Source: Fidelibacterota bacterium
Lineage (GTDB): Bacteria; Fidelibacterota; Marinisomatia; Marinisomatales; TCS56
DNA: 64,000 nt
Assembly (NCBI GenBank): GCA_043822705.1
Contig: JBDRBK010000070.1
Location: 1-64,000 of the forward strand
Direction: 5' to 3'
Shown here: one piece after another, positions 31,296 to 40,255 of the stretch
Layout: the number at the start of each line of letters is the position of its first letter
Numbering within the stretch: position 1 is the first letter of the stretch
Made by a program: the position numbers and the translations under genes
The notes under the pieces: generated by a model
What the model saw: the letters and a program-made list of their open reading frames with translations, nothing else
Databases searched by the model: none
Told to the model about the DNA's origin: nothing

Positions 31296-32276
31296 ATGTT
31301 TATCGATTATGCCCAGATCGAATTGATTGCCGGCGACGGCGGACCGGGAGTGGTCAGTTTCCGACGCGCCAAGTTCGTTCCCAAAGGCGGACCAGACGGG
31401 GGAGATGGGGGAGACGGTGGCAGCATAATATTCCGTGTCGATCCTCAGTTGAACACATTGCAGGATTTCCGTTATCGTAAAATTTATAAGGCCCGCAAAG
31501 GCGACCAAGGCGGTTCGTCACTCAAGACCGGGCGCAGTGGCGCCGATATAGTCATTTCCATACCGCCCGGGACGACCATTAAGGCCGCCGATAGTGGTAG
31601 AATTCTTGCGGATCTGACCGAACCGGGACAGGATTACATTGCCTGCCACGGCGGCAAAGGTGGCAAGGGTAACGCAAATTTCAAATCGGCTACCAACCAG
31701 ACCCCGCGTTATGCCCAGCCGGGACTGCCGGGCGAGCGGGGTGTATTTGATATCGAATTGAAAGTCCTGGCCGATATCGGGCTGGTCGGACTGCCGAACG
31801 CCGGGAAATCGACTTTGTTGTCGAAAATCTCCGCCGCCCGTCCGAAGATCGCCGATTATCCGTTCACGACGCTGCAGCCGTACCTGGGAATCGTCAAATA
31901 CGGTGATTACCGGTCGTTCGTCATGGCCGATATTCCGGGTCTGATCGAAGGCGCCAGCACCGGCAAGGGATTGGGACACCAATTTCTCCGCCATATCGAA
32001 CGTAACCGGGTTTTGTTGTACCTGATCGATGTGAGTGAAGCAGACCCGGCCGGGGTGTTTCGGACCCTCAAATCCGAACTGATCAACTACAATGTTGATT
32101 TAAATCTGAAAAAATATATCATCGTGCGCACCAAAATGGATTTATTCCCTGCTGATTCCGAAATCCCGCCATGGGATCAATTCCCCGAAGCATTTATTGA
32201 TATTTCCGCTGTGACCGGCGCCGGATTGAAAAACCTGGTCGACTCGATCGTGGAAATATTGAATGCAGAACAGTGA
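31296..32276 (+). CDS. obgE: GTPase ObgE/CgtA
   Basis: Gly-rich Obg fold (GGPDGGDGG); GLPNAGKST; YPFTTL; DIPG. Confidence 0.97.
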   Translation: MFIDYAQIELIAGDGGPGVVSFRRAKFVPKGGPDGGDGGDGGSIIFRVDPQLNTLQDFRYRKIYKARKGDQGGSSLKTGRSGADIVISIPPGTTIKAADSGRILADLTEPGQDYIACHGGKGGKGNANFKSATNQTPRYAQPGLPGERGVFDIELKVLADIGLVGLPNAGKSTLLSKISAARPKIADYPFTTLQPYLGIVKYGDYRSFVMADIPGLIEGASTGKGLGHQFLRHIERNRVLLYLIDVSEADPAGVFRTLKSELINYNVDLNLKKYIIVRTKMDLFPADSEIPPWDQFPEAFIDISAVTGAGLKNLVDSIVEILNAEQ

Positions 32277-33357
32277 ACTGATTGCACTAATCAATCTTTT
32301 GAGTGTAAACGGTATCGGACCGCAGAAGGCCCGAAACCTTGTATCTTTTTTTAAACAACCATCGGAAGTATTCAATCAACCAGTCTCTGAACTATGCCGG
32401 GTCGATGGAATCGATCTGAAATCGGCGGAAAAAATTCGGCGCTTCGATGATTTTGGACGTGGTACAACCATTGTCGATCGATTGCAGGAATTAAATGCCG
32501 GTACGGTAACAATCTGGGATGCGGACTACCCGTTGTTATTGAAAAAAATTTACGATCCGCCGCCATTACTATACTTCTTGGGACAGCCGCTGGTAAATCT
32601 GGAGGATGGAGTTGCGGTGGTCGGTTCGCGTTCCACTACGGCGTATGGCCGATCCACCGCCAAAGCGATTACCCTGGAACTGGTAAATTCGGGACTGACG
32701 ACCGTCAGTGGACTGGCACGGGGCATCGATTCTGTCGTCCATCTGGAAACGGTTAATTCCGGTGGCCGTACGATCGCTGTACTGGGTAATGGAATCGATC
32801 TGATCTATCCGGCGGAAAACCATAAACTGGCGGAAAAAATAATGCGGAATGGTACGATTATCAGCGAATTTCCGCCGGGAACAAAACCGGATGCCGGCAA
32901 TTTCCCCCAGCGCAACCGGATTATCAGCGGGCTAAGCCACGCCACGGTCGTAGTCGAGGCCGGCGACCGTAGCGGCGCGATGTTGACCGCCCTGAATGCT
33001 GTCGACCAGAACCGCGATGTTTTTGCCGTGCCAGGCCGTATGACCGATAAACAGAGTGTTGGTTGCCTGCGGTTAATCAGTCATGGCGCAGTGCCGGTAG
33101 TGCGGCCGGACATTATCACCGAAATGATAGAGAAACGGTTATTCCATCCCCGGGTTGCCCGGCAGCAGGTCATCAATCTGGAGTTGACCGAAAGCGAGCG
33201 GCTGGTTGTTGACCAACTCAGTCACGACCCGGTGCATATTGACGATCTGGCCCAACGGACGGGCCTGGAAATTACCCGGCTGCTGACGGTATTGCTGGAA
33301 CTGGAATTGAAAAATGCCGTAATCCAGATGAGCGGGAAGCAATTTGTCCTGTCCTGA
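32263..33357 (+). CDS. dprA: DNA-processing protein DprA
   Basis: AVVGSR, VSGLARGIDS, FPQRNRIISGL, VFAVPG. Confidence 0.95.
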   Translation: MQNSELIALINLLSVNGIGPQKARNLVSFFKQPSEVFNQPVSELCRVDGIDLKSAEKIRRFDDFGRGTTIVDRLQELNAGTVTIWDADYPLLLKKIYDPPPLLYFLGQPLVNLEDGVAVVGSRSTTAYGRSTAKAITLELVNSGLTTVSGLARGIDSVVHLETVNSGGRTIAVLGNGIDLIYPAENHKLAEKIMRNGTIISEFPPGTKPDAGNFPQRNRIISGLSHATVVVEAGDRSGAMLTALNAVDQNRDVFAVPGRMTDKQSVGCLRLISHGAVPVVRPDIITEMIEKRLFHPRVARQQVINLELTESERLVVDQLSHDPVHIDDLAQRTGLEITRLLTVLLELELKNAVIQMSGKQFVLS

Positions 33358-33406
33358 CGAAATTTCGGATTGTTAAACCAGACGACCGGCGGTAATTTTG
33401 CCAGCC

Positions 33407-33436
33407 TTGTTAGTCGAAAAACCATTCGATTAGATT
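33407..33436 (+). promoter_or_regulatory. Putative tRNA operon promoter TTGTTA-N18-TAGATT
   Basis: Hexamers shortly upstream of tRNA-Ser. Confidence 0.4.
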
Positions 33437-33453
33437 TTTTACAGCATAAACTT

Positions 33454-33546
33454 GGAGAGGTGGCCGAGCCGGCTGAAGGCGCCCGCCTGCTAAGTGGGTA
33501 TAGGCAGTGATCCTGTCTATCCAGGGTTCGAATCCCTGCCTCTCCG
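33454..33546 (+). tRNA. tRNA-Ser(GCT)
   Basis: GGAGAGG acceptor stem; anticodon arm CCCGC-CTGCTAA-GTGGG; long variable arm; GGTTCGAATCC T arm; CCA not encoded. Confidence 0.96.
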
Positions 33547-33551
33547 CAACT

Positions 33552-33625
33552 GGCGTCGTACCCAAGTGGTCCAAGGGAGCGGTCTGCAAAACCGCGATTC
33601 ATCGGTTCGAATCCGATCGACGCCT
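33552..33625 (+). tRNA. tRNA-Cys(GCA)
   Basis: GGCGTCG/CGACGCC acceptor stem; GCGGT-CTGCAAA-ACCGC anticodon arm; T arm. Confidence 0.96.
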
Positions 33626-33632
33626 CGGAATC

Positions 33633-33696
33633 AATTACGAATTGCCAATTATCAATTCTCTTTTTCTTAATTCATAATTCTCGATTGATCATTGAT
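33633..33696. repeat. Degenerate heptamer tandem repeat (AATTnnn)
   Basis: AATTACG-AATTGCC-AATTATC-AATTCTC, 8-nt gap, AATTCAT-AATTCTC-GATTGAT-CATTGAT. Confidence 0.6.
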
Positions 33697-33698
33697 TC

Positions 33699-33782
33699 GC
33701 CCGGGTGGTGGAATTGGTAGACACAAGGGACTTAAAATCCCTCGGTAGCGATACCGTGCCGGTTCAAGTCCGGCCCCGGGTA
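33699..33782 (+). tRNA. tRNA-Leu(TAA)
   Basis: GCCCGGG acceptor; AGGGA-CTTAAAA-TCCCT anticodon arm; variable arm; GGTTCAAGTCC. Confidence 0.96.
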
Positions 33783-33787
33783 CAGCG

Positions 33788-33813
33788 GCCCATCTGTTGC
33801 AGATGGGTTTTTT
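33788..33813 (+). terminator. Rho-independent terminator of tRNA cluster
   Basis: GCCCATCTG-TTG-CAGATGGGT followed by T tract. Confidence 0.85.
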
Positions 33814-33940
33814 ATTTATGGGAACATCGTCACCGACTGGTGATGCAACCACGGATTGTACCAAAGGAGTCTCAACGGGACACTGATTTCACTGATAATA
33901 ATCATCACCTATAGGCTAAACCTGTTGCCAGTACGCCGTT

Positions 33941-34011
33941 GACTGCCGTAAAATCCGCCATGTCAACCGGAAATGGGAACCGCGCCTGTTGCCTTTTACT
34001 GACTGTTGTTA
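33941..34011. repeat. Direct repeat copy 1 flanking the deaminase gene
   Basis: 60/71 identical by manual alignment to 34585-34654. Confidence 0.85.
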
Positions 34012-34118
34012 CCGGGAAGGGAAGAGTGTTATTAATTGGAGAATTTTTAATGATGGTAATTTATCCTGGTCAGGGATTCCAGGTAAATAATCGACAATAA
34101 CGGGTGATCGAAAACAGC

Positions 34119-34517
34119 ATGACCAATGAAGAATTGATTAAAAAAGCGGCGTCGGTGGTAAAAACCAGGAAGACCAAAAACGGATTGTTCGGCGACGTGG
34201 GCTGTGCCTTAATCTCCGACAACGGTAAGATTTATGTCGGTATCTGTGCCGATGCTGGTTCCAACGCCATTTGCGCCGAACAGAACGCCATCGGCGCAAT
34301 GATAACGGCCGGTGAATACCGGATAAAAAAGATTGTCTCCGTCTGGAAGGACAGCAACAACAATATTTTTGTGATTGCGCCCTGCGGTAATTGCCGTCAG
34401 TTTATGCTGGAAGTGGATGCCGAGAATGCAGCCGCCGAGATTATCCTGGATAATGAAAAAACGGTCTTATTAAAAGAATTGCTGCCCTATTCTGATTGGT
34501 GGAAAAAACAGGAGTAG
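34119..34517 (+). CDS. Homotetrameric-type cytidine deaminase family protein
   Basis: ICAEQNAI and APCGNCRQ zinc motifs; LKELLP terminus. Confidence 0.85.
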   Translation: MTNEELIKKAASVVKTRKTKNGLFGDVGCALISDNGKIYVGICADAGSNAICAEQNAIGAMITAGEYRIKKIVSVWKDSNNNIFVIAPCGNCRQFMLEVDAENAAAEIILDNEKTVLLKELLPYSDWWKKQE

Positions 34518-34584
34518 GCCTCCGATTTTATCCATCACTCCAACAACTCCAACATTTTATTATTTCCCTTGCCGCCATTCCGCG

Positions 34585-34654
34585 GACTGCCGTAAAATCA
34601 GCCACCCAGCCGGAAAGGGGAACCGCACCTGCCGCTTTTTACTGTCTGTTGTTA
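34585..34654. repeat. Direct repeat copy 2 flanking the deaminase gene
   Basis: Matches 33941-34011. Confidence 0.85.
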
Positions 34655-34975
34655 AACGGAGAGTGGAAAGACATTTAGAAATGATTGTATCTCCAACAGC
34701 GGGGAACGCTTCCCCCATATGAATGATTGTTACCCTTAGATGGATTATTCTATCCCCAACCTAGGGCAAAGTCTATCCCTGCTGGACTCTTGTCCGGTCG
34801 GCCTGGGGCGGAACATATTCCTGCCTGTGAAATGCTTTAATAACATGGTGAAACCGATTCTGTGTATTTAATTTGAAAGCTATTCCGAGGATGTACCGGT
34901 GCAATAGTTTTGCGGAATATACTTGTGGGGTTGTAACTAAATTTAGCGACCTGATAAAAAAGTAAAACAATCTTC

Positions 34976-36103
34976 ATGCAGAAGTACATTCATCGCGAGC
35001 GTGTAATTGCGACCTTGAATCACCAGACAGCTGACCGGGTTCCGTTGGACCTGATGGGGAATGCGTCGATGCTGCTGGATGACACCTACATCAGATTACG
35101 TGACCGGCTCGGCCTGACGGAAATTGCTCCGGTCCGATCAGGATCGACCGCCAATTATTATGACGAGCGAATCCTGAAATACCTGGACATCGATTTCCGT
35201 CGGCTCTTTCTGCGGAAAAGTCCTGCCAATCAGGTCACCAGACATTCCGACGGTTCCTTCACCGACATCTGGGGAGTACGCTACCGGCAGATCGGCCCTT
35301 TTGTCAATGCCATAGATCATCCTTTGGCAGGTGTCACCAGCGTCCGGGACCTTGATAATTATCGCTGGCCTACCGCCACTGATTTGTATACCGCCGATGG
35401 AATCGGTGAATTAGCCCGGAATCTGTATGAACAGACCGGTTATGCCCTGGTCGCCCGAAACCCGCTTTCCGAAGGCTTTCTCGATCGTCCCTGCCATCTG
35501 ATGGGCATGTCGGAATTCATGATTTTTCTGCTCACCGAACCAGAATTGGTAAACGCCATAATTGCCCGGCTCCTGGAACTGTATAAAGGGGTCTACAGCA
35601 TGTTTCTGGATGCCGTTGGCCCGTACGTACAAATGGTCGAAGTCGCCGACGATCTGGGCGGCAATGACCATTTGCTGATTTCACCCGCGCTATACCGTTC
35701 GATATTTAAACCGGCCGAGAAGGAATTGTACGCAATGATCCATGAGAAGGCGCCGCAGGCGGCCCTGTTTCATCATACCGATGGTGCCGTTTTCGATATC
35801 ATACCGGACCTGATTGAAGTTGGCGTCAATGTGCTGAATCCGGTACAGACATCGGTAGGGGGCATGAATGCCCGGCGACTGAAAGCGACGTTCGGCCGGG
35901 AACTGGTCTTTCACGGAGCCATCGAGGGAATCGAAGGTGATATCGACTCCGAAGTAGTCGCCGGCGAAGTGCGCAGTCGGATAGACGATCTGGCAGTCGG
36001 AGGCGGTTATATTGTGGCCCCCTGTAACCATATGATAGATGTAAAACCGGAAAATATTCTGGAAATGTATGCAACTGCCCGGCAGTATGGCCGCTATCGC
36101 TAA
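34976..36103 (+). CDS. Uroporphyrinogen decarboxylase / MtaA-CmuA family protein
   Basis: RERVIATLNH..ADRVP, DIWGV, DDLG..LLISP, HHTDG, NPVQT, GGYIVAPCNH, VKPENI. Confidence 0.85.
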   Translation: MQKYIHRERVIATLNHQTADRVPLDLMGNASMLLDDTYIRLRDRLGLTEIAPVRSGSTANYYDERILKYLDIDFRRLFLRKSPANQVTRHSDGSFTDIWGVRYRQIGPFVNAIDHPLAGVTSVRDLDNYRWPTATDLYTADGIGELARNLYEQTGYALVARNPLSEGFLDRPCHLMGMSEFMIFLLTEPELVNAIIARLLELYKGVYSMFLDAVGPYVQMVEVADDLGGNDHLLISPALYRSIFKPAEKELYAMIHEKAPQAALFHHTDGAVFDIIPDLIEVGVNVLNPVQTSVGGMNARRLKATFGRELVFHGAIEGIEGDIDSEVVAGEVRSRIDDLAVGGGYIVAPCNHMIDVKPENILEMYATARQYGRYR

Positions 36104-36178
36104 TCAAAGAGCGGACGGCCGTCTCGATGTACAAAATTGTACCTGAACTAACATTTTAAAAATTATTAAAAGATATCC

Positions 36179-36207
36179 TTGCCAAAAAAACGGATTTAAT
36201 GTAACAT
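36179..36207 (+). promoter_or_regulatory. Sigma70-type promoter TTGCCA-N17-TAACAT
   Basis: Near-consensus hexamers with 17-bp spacer; AT-rich upstream tract. Confidence 0.65.
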
Positions 36208-36217
36208 CGATTGTCAG

Positions 36218-36231
36218 TATGTTTAAACATA
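36218..36231. promoter_or_regulatory. Putative HutC/GntR operator TATGTTTAAACATA
   Basis: Perfect 14-bp palindrome containing GT-N-TA-N-AC, just downstream of the -10 box. Confidence 0.65.
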
Positions 36232-36456
36232 TGAACATTTTCAATCAGCGGGGATTCAGATTAGAACACGCCAGTCGCGCGTTTAAAACCAGTGAACGAC
36301 GACAGGCGCAAAATCTAATTACGACGGCCGGGGTCGCAAGACTGGCGGTAATCCAAGAACTCACACCGCTGGTTTTCCGATCTGTGCCGGCCGTGGCAAA
36401 CCATTTAATTATTTGATGATCGTTATTTTGATTATTTATGAAAGGATTCATTAATT

Positions 36457-37194
36457 ATGGAATTTGAAATCAATCATAAAAGCGGAATACCGCTGCATTT
36501 GCAGGTCGAGGAAATTTTACGGAGTTTGATCGAGTCGCCTGAGTACCAGGACGGACGTTTATTGCCTAAAGAAGAGGATTTATCCCGGCGTCTGGGAATA
36601 TCGCGGAATACCGTCCGCCAGGCGGCCAATAAGCTGGTTTATGAAGGGTTGATAACCCGAAAAAAAGGTGTCGGCACTAAAGTAGCCACCAAAGCAGTCA
36701 GCACCAACCTGGATAACTGGTCCAGTTTTACCCAGGAAATGAATTCCAAAGGAATCCCATTTCATAATTATGAGATCAGCGTTGACTGGGTGGAAGCGGA
36801 TGAAAAACTGTCTGAGATATTTTCCATTGCCCCGGGTAAACGGGTACTGAAACTGGAACGTTTGCGCGGAATGGACAAGGGACCGATCGTCTTTTTCATA
36901 TCTTATTTCCACCCGCGAATCGGTTTGACCGAGAACGAAGATTTTTCCTATCGCATATATGAAATGTTGGAACACAAATATTCTACTTTGGTGACCCTGT
37001 CGAAGGAAGAAATCAGTGCCAGGAAGGCCGATCACTACATTTCGCAAAAACTTATTTTAAAGACCGGGGACCCGATCCTGTTCCGCAAGCGCTTCGTCTA
37101 TGATCCCGGCCACCGGATTGTGGAATACAATCTCTGCTATTATCGTGCGGACAGCTTCACCTACTCAATTGAGATCAAACGGAAACGGAAATGA
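36457..37194 (+). CDS. GntR-family transcriptional regulator, HutC subfamily (UTRA domain)
   Basis: PLHLQV...LPKEEDL...ISRNTVRQA...KGVGT wHTH; C-terminal UTRA ending EY..YYRAD.F.Y. Confidence 0.93.
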   Translation: MEFEINHKSGIPLHLQVEEILRSLIESPEYQDGRLLPKEEDLSRRLGISRNTVRQAANKLVYEGLITRKKGVGTKVATKAVSTNLDNWSSFTQEMNSKGIPFHNYEISVDWVEADEKLSEIFSIAPGKRVLKLERLRGMDKGPIVFFISYFHPRIGLTENEDFSYRIYEMLEHKYSTLVTLSKEEISARKADHYISQKLILKTGDPILFRKRFVYDPGHRIVEYNLCYYRADSFTYSIEIKRKRK

Positions 37195-37228
37195 GGGGGA
37201 ACTCATTGCTGTCGTGGGAGGAAATTTC

Positions 37229-40200
37229 ATGAAAAGAAAGGACGCACATATGAGGTCATTCCTGTCGCTATTGGCACTCTTGATAGCTATCTCGACCGTT
37301 CAGGCGACAACTACTGGCAAAATTAGAGGCCGGGTTACGGATGATGCTACCAAACACACTTTGGTAGGGGCCAATGTGGTAATCGAAGGTATGATGCTTG
37401 GAGCAGCTACTGATTTGAATGGCGAGTACTATATTCTTCAGGTTCCGCCGGGGATTTACAATGTGCGGATACTAATGATTGGCTATAAGGAATTATTGAT
37501 AACTGATGTAAAAGTAATGTCCGGTCATACCACAACCATCGATGGTAATCTTCCGCAAATGGTTTTGGAAGCCGGAGGTGAGGTGACGGTTGTCGCCAAG
37601 CGTAAAATCATTCAGGAAGATATTACTACCAGCACCCAATTTGTCAGCGATCTGGAACTTCGTCAATTGCCGGTCAGCGATACCAAAACAGCGCTGATGA
37701 ACCAAACTGGTGTATTTTTTAATCCGATCCCTGTATCAGGGGGCATTAGTACTGCCGGAAAGGGGGAGGCGCGCTATTCAATCCGTGGTGGAAATCAGGA
37801 CGAAGTTCTATGGTTTATCAATGGTGTTCAAACTGCCTCAATGTATTTCGGGCAGGCTGATATGGGTGGATCGTTTACCAATGTTAATCTGAATTCGGTT
37901 AGAGAAATCCAGGTTATCAGTGGCGGGTTTGATGCCGAATATGGTAATGCCCAGTCTGGTATAGTTAATATCATTACTAAGGAGGGCAGCGGTTCTTTCA
38001 AAGGCTCGGCAGAACTCATTTACGGGCCTCCCGGACAACATCACTTCGGAAATTATCTTTATGATATTGCCGATACCACCATCAAAGAATTCGGTGATCA
38101 CTACGATCCCGAGACGGGTGAATTGGACACTGCCTGGTGGACACCATACCGCCAAAACCAGGTTTATGATTACCGCAAAATACCCAGTTATACATATAGC
38201 ATGAGTCTGGGAGGACCACTATTCAGCATCGGTGATGGTTTAGCGACATTTTTCATTTCTTCTCAAGTCAAACAGGAAGCTTATACCTTGCCTCGGCCGC
38301 GCGACAGCCGGAACACTGAGAATATTCACTTTAATCTGAGTTTCCCACTGAATCCCAAAATGAAATTGCGGTTAGAATATTTATATAACCATGAAGCACA
38401 TTCATCAATGCAAGGTGCCGGTGATTTCGTTCCCCAGGCAAAATACTATCGTGGCTGGGGATCGTTGCTTGATACTTATACAGCATTATACAGCCTCCAT
38501 TGGAATCAGACTATATCATCTTCATTTTTTTATGATTTAAAGCTTAGCTATTATCGTTTCGAAAATATTGAAGGTCCCGGCAAATATTCAATGATCGGTG
38601 AAAGCGATAACCCGAATATTTGGGGTTACCAGCGTTATAACATTACCTGGGAAGACAGCTTGAATTTTATCGAGCCGTTTGATGCCTGGGCTTCTTCTTA
38701 TGATGTTCACTGGATAAACAGTGATTTATCGGCGGTTGGCAGCCTCAATTGGCAATTCGATCAAGCTAATATGATCAAGGCTGGTTTTGAATATCGTTAC
38801 AACACGTTGGACGAGATATCCGATATTCGCTATGTATCATATAATCGGGATCCAAGATACTGGTTCAATCGGGGCTTGCACGAGGAATATCATCCAATCC
38901 AGTTTGCAGCCTATATTCAAGATAAAATGGAATTTCAGAGCATGATCCTGAATATCGGGTTGCGTTATGATTATTTCAATCCGAATCGGGAATGGTTTGT
39001 TTCCGAAGGTTTATTCAATCTGAATATAGATCCGGATTATGATCGGCTGGCCGATCCTGATGGAGATCAGGTAGACTCATTAGGGCATGTTAAATATTCC
39101 TGGGGAAATACAATGGACAAACCACGGGAAAGTGTCGATGCTTACCATATGGTGAGTCCCCGGTTTGGTGTTTCCTTTCCGATCACGGAGAAAACGGTAT
39201 TGCATTATAATTATGGTCACTATTACCAGCTGCCGTCCCTGGATAAAATGTTCTATTTCCGTTATTTCCGTCCTGAAACAGTACTTAAGGGCGTTATTGC
39301 GACCGATCAGGAAGCGGAAGAAACCGGTGAGGAACCGGTTCATGCGCCATCTGTGGATGGCGACCCGGAGCGGGTAGTGGCCCTGACGCCGGCAGCACTG
39401 AAACCAGAAAAGACCATATCATTTGAAGTAGGCGTCAAACATAATTTTAATGATTTCGCCGTATTGGATGTGACAGCTTTTTATAAAGATGTGTTTGACC
39501 AGACCGAGGAACTGTTTGGCATTTTTGACCGCAGATTTCATGGCTGGGATCCATTTACTCAGGAAACTACACCAACCAGGTTTTATACTGGTTTTCTTTC
39601 TGGCGATTATGGTGATTCACGCGGCTTTGAAATTAACCTTCGGACCCTGTTCAGTAACGATTTTACCATAGATTTGAATTACAGTTTCTCAAAATCTGTG
39701 CAAGGTAGAGCCAGTCCATTCAAAGTTCTATGGGATGAAGAGGGGAATGTTTCCTATGTTTGGGACGAAGATTTGTACAAGCGGATTCCGGTTGAAAAAT
39801 CATTCAGTCGGCCCCACATTTTCCGGGCTAATTTTTATGCCAGGTATCCTGACCGCTTGAGTGTTCCGATCTTTTCACCAATTTTTAGAGGAACCAGCGC
39901 CAGTATCTTGTACAGTTATGTCAGTGGACAGGCCTTTACTTACCTTGATGATGACGATCCACCGGAAACCTATAACAATCACCGCTACCCGGCGATTATT
40001 ACCACCGATTTACGCTTGAATAAGGATCTCAAAATTGGGAAAAACCATTTGTTGACGGCCTATATTAGAATAACCAACTTGTTTAACCGCAAGAACCTGC
40101 GCTCAATCGGTGATCAATACAATGGTGAAGCCTTGTTTACCTATTTTGAGACCGGTGAACCTACCAGTGTCGATTTACTGGGCTACGATATCAGTGCGAT

Positions 40201-40255
40201 TACATATTATGAACCGCGCCGGATTTATCTGGGCCTAAAATATCAATTACGGTGA
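37229..40255 (+). CDS. TonB-dependent receptor with N-terminal carboxypeptidase-regulatory-like domain
   Basis: TTGKIRGRVTD..GANV..GAATD; plug IRGG...SGGFDAEYGNAQSGIVNIITKEG; SPRFGVSFPIT; NLFN; start 37229 or 37250. Confidence 0.92.
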   Translation: MKRKDAHMRSFLSLLALLIAISTVQATTTGKIRGRVTDDATKHTLVGANVVIEGMMLGAATDLNGEYYILQVPPGIYNVRILMIGYKELLITDVKVMSGHTTTIDGNLPQMVLEAGGEVTVVAKRKIIQEDITTSTQFVSDLELRQLPVSDTKTALMNQTGVFFNPIPVSGGISTAGKGEARYSIRGGNQDEVLWFINGVQTASMYFGQADMGGSFTNVNLNSVREIQVISGGFDAEYGNAQSGIVNIITKEGSGSFKGSAELIYGPPGQHHFGNYLYDIADTTIKEFGDHYDPETGELDTAWWTPYRQNQVYDYRKIPSYTYSMSLGGPLFSIGDGLATFFISSQVKQEAYTLPRPRDSRNTENIHFNLSFPLNPKMKLRLEYLYNHEAHSSMQGAGDFVPQAKYYRGWGSLLDTYTALYSLHWNQTISSSFFYDLKLSYYRFENIEGPGKYSMIGESDNPNIWGYQRYNITWEDSLNFIEPFDAWASSYDVHWINSDLSAVGSLNWQFDQANMIKAGFEYRYNTLDEISDIRYVSYNRDPRYWFNRGLHEEYHPIQFAAYIQDKMEFQSMILNIGLRYDYFNPNREWFVSEGLFNLNIDPDYDRLADPDGDQVDSLGHVKYSWGNTMDKPRESVDAYHMVSPRFGVSFPITEKTVLHYNYGHYYQLPSLDKMFYFRYFRPETVLKGVIATDQEAEETGEEPVHAPSVDGDPERVVALTPAALKPEKTISFEVGVKHNFNDFAVLDVTAFYKDVFDQTEELFGIFDRRFHGWDPFTQETTPTRFYTGFLSGDYGDSRGFEINLRTLFSNDFTIDLNYSFSKSVQGRASPFKVLWDEEGNVSYVWDEDLYKRIPVEKSFSRPHIFRANFYARYPDRLSVPIFSPIFRGTSASILYSYVSGQAFTYLDDDDPPETYNNHRYPAIITTDLRLNKDLKIGKNHLLTAYIRITNLFNRKNLRSIGDQYNGEALFTYFETGEPTSVDLLGYDISAITYYEPRRIYLGLKYQLR

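Noticed and set aside
33222..33914. ORFs overlapping the tRNA cluster
   Set aside because: Shadow frames of tRNA genes with no protein features
33941..34030. Cobalamin riboswitch (AAATGGGAA...ACTG...CCGGGAAGG)
   Set aside because: The GGTG/AAnTCC T-loop, GCCCCCGC and AGnCAG elements are missing; the similarity is fragmentary
33941..34654. CRISPR array or canonical integron
   Set aside because: Only two ~70-bp repeats separated by a whole gene; no cas or intI gene; attC boxes not canonical
34760..34810. c-di-GMP-I riboswitch (AGGGCAAA)
   Set aside because: No GAAA-loop P2 stem or GACGCAAA/CCGG..TAA continuation
34976..36103. hemE annotation
   Set aside because: Lacks the HemE PVW.MRQAGR motif and there is no heme pathway context
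36219..36416. 65-aa leader peptide CDS
   Set aside because: No RBS or recognisable motif, and the ATG lies inside the operator palindrome; mentioned only within the leader finding
37100..37228. Upstream extension of the TonB receptor ORF
   Set aside because: Overlaps gntR; RBS-like sequences and the signal peptide support a start at 37229 or 37250
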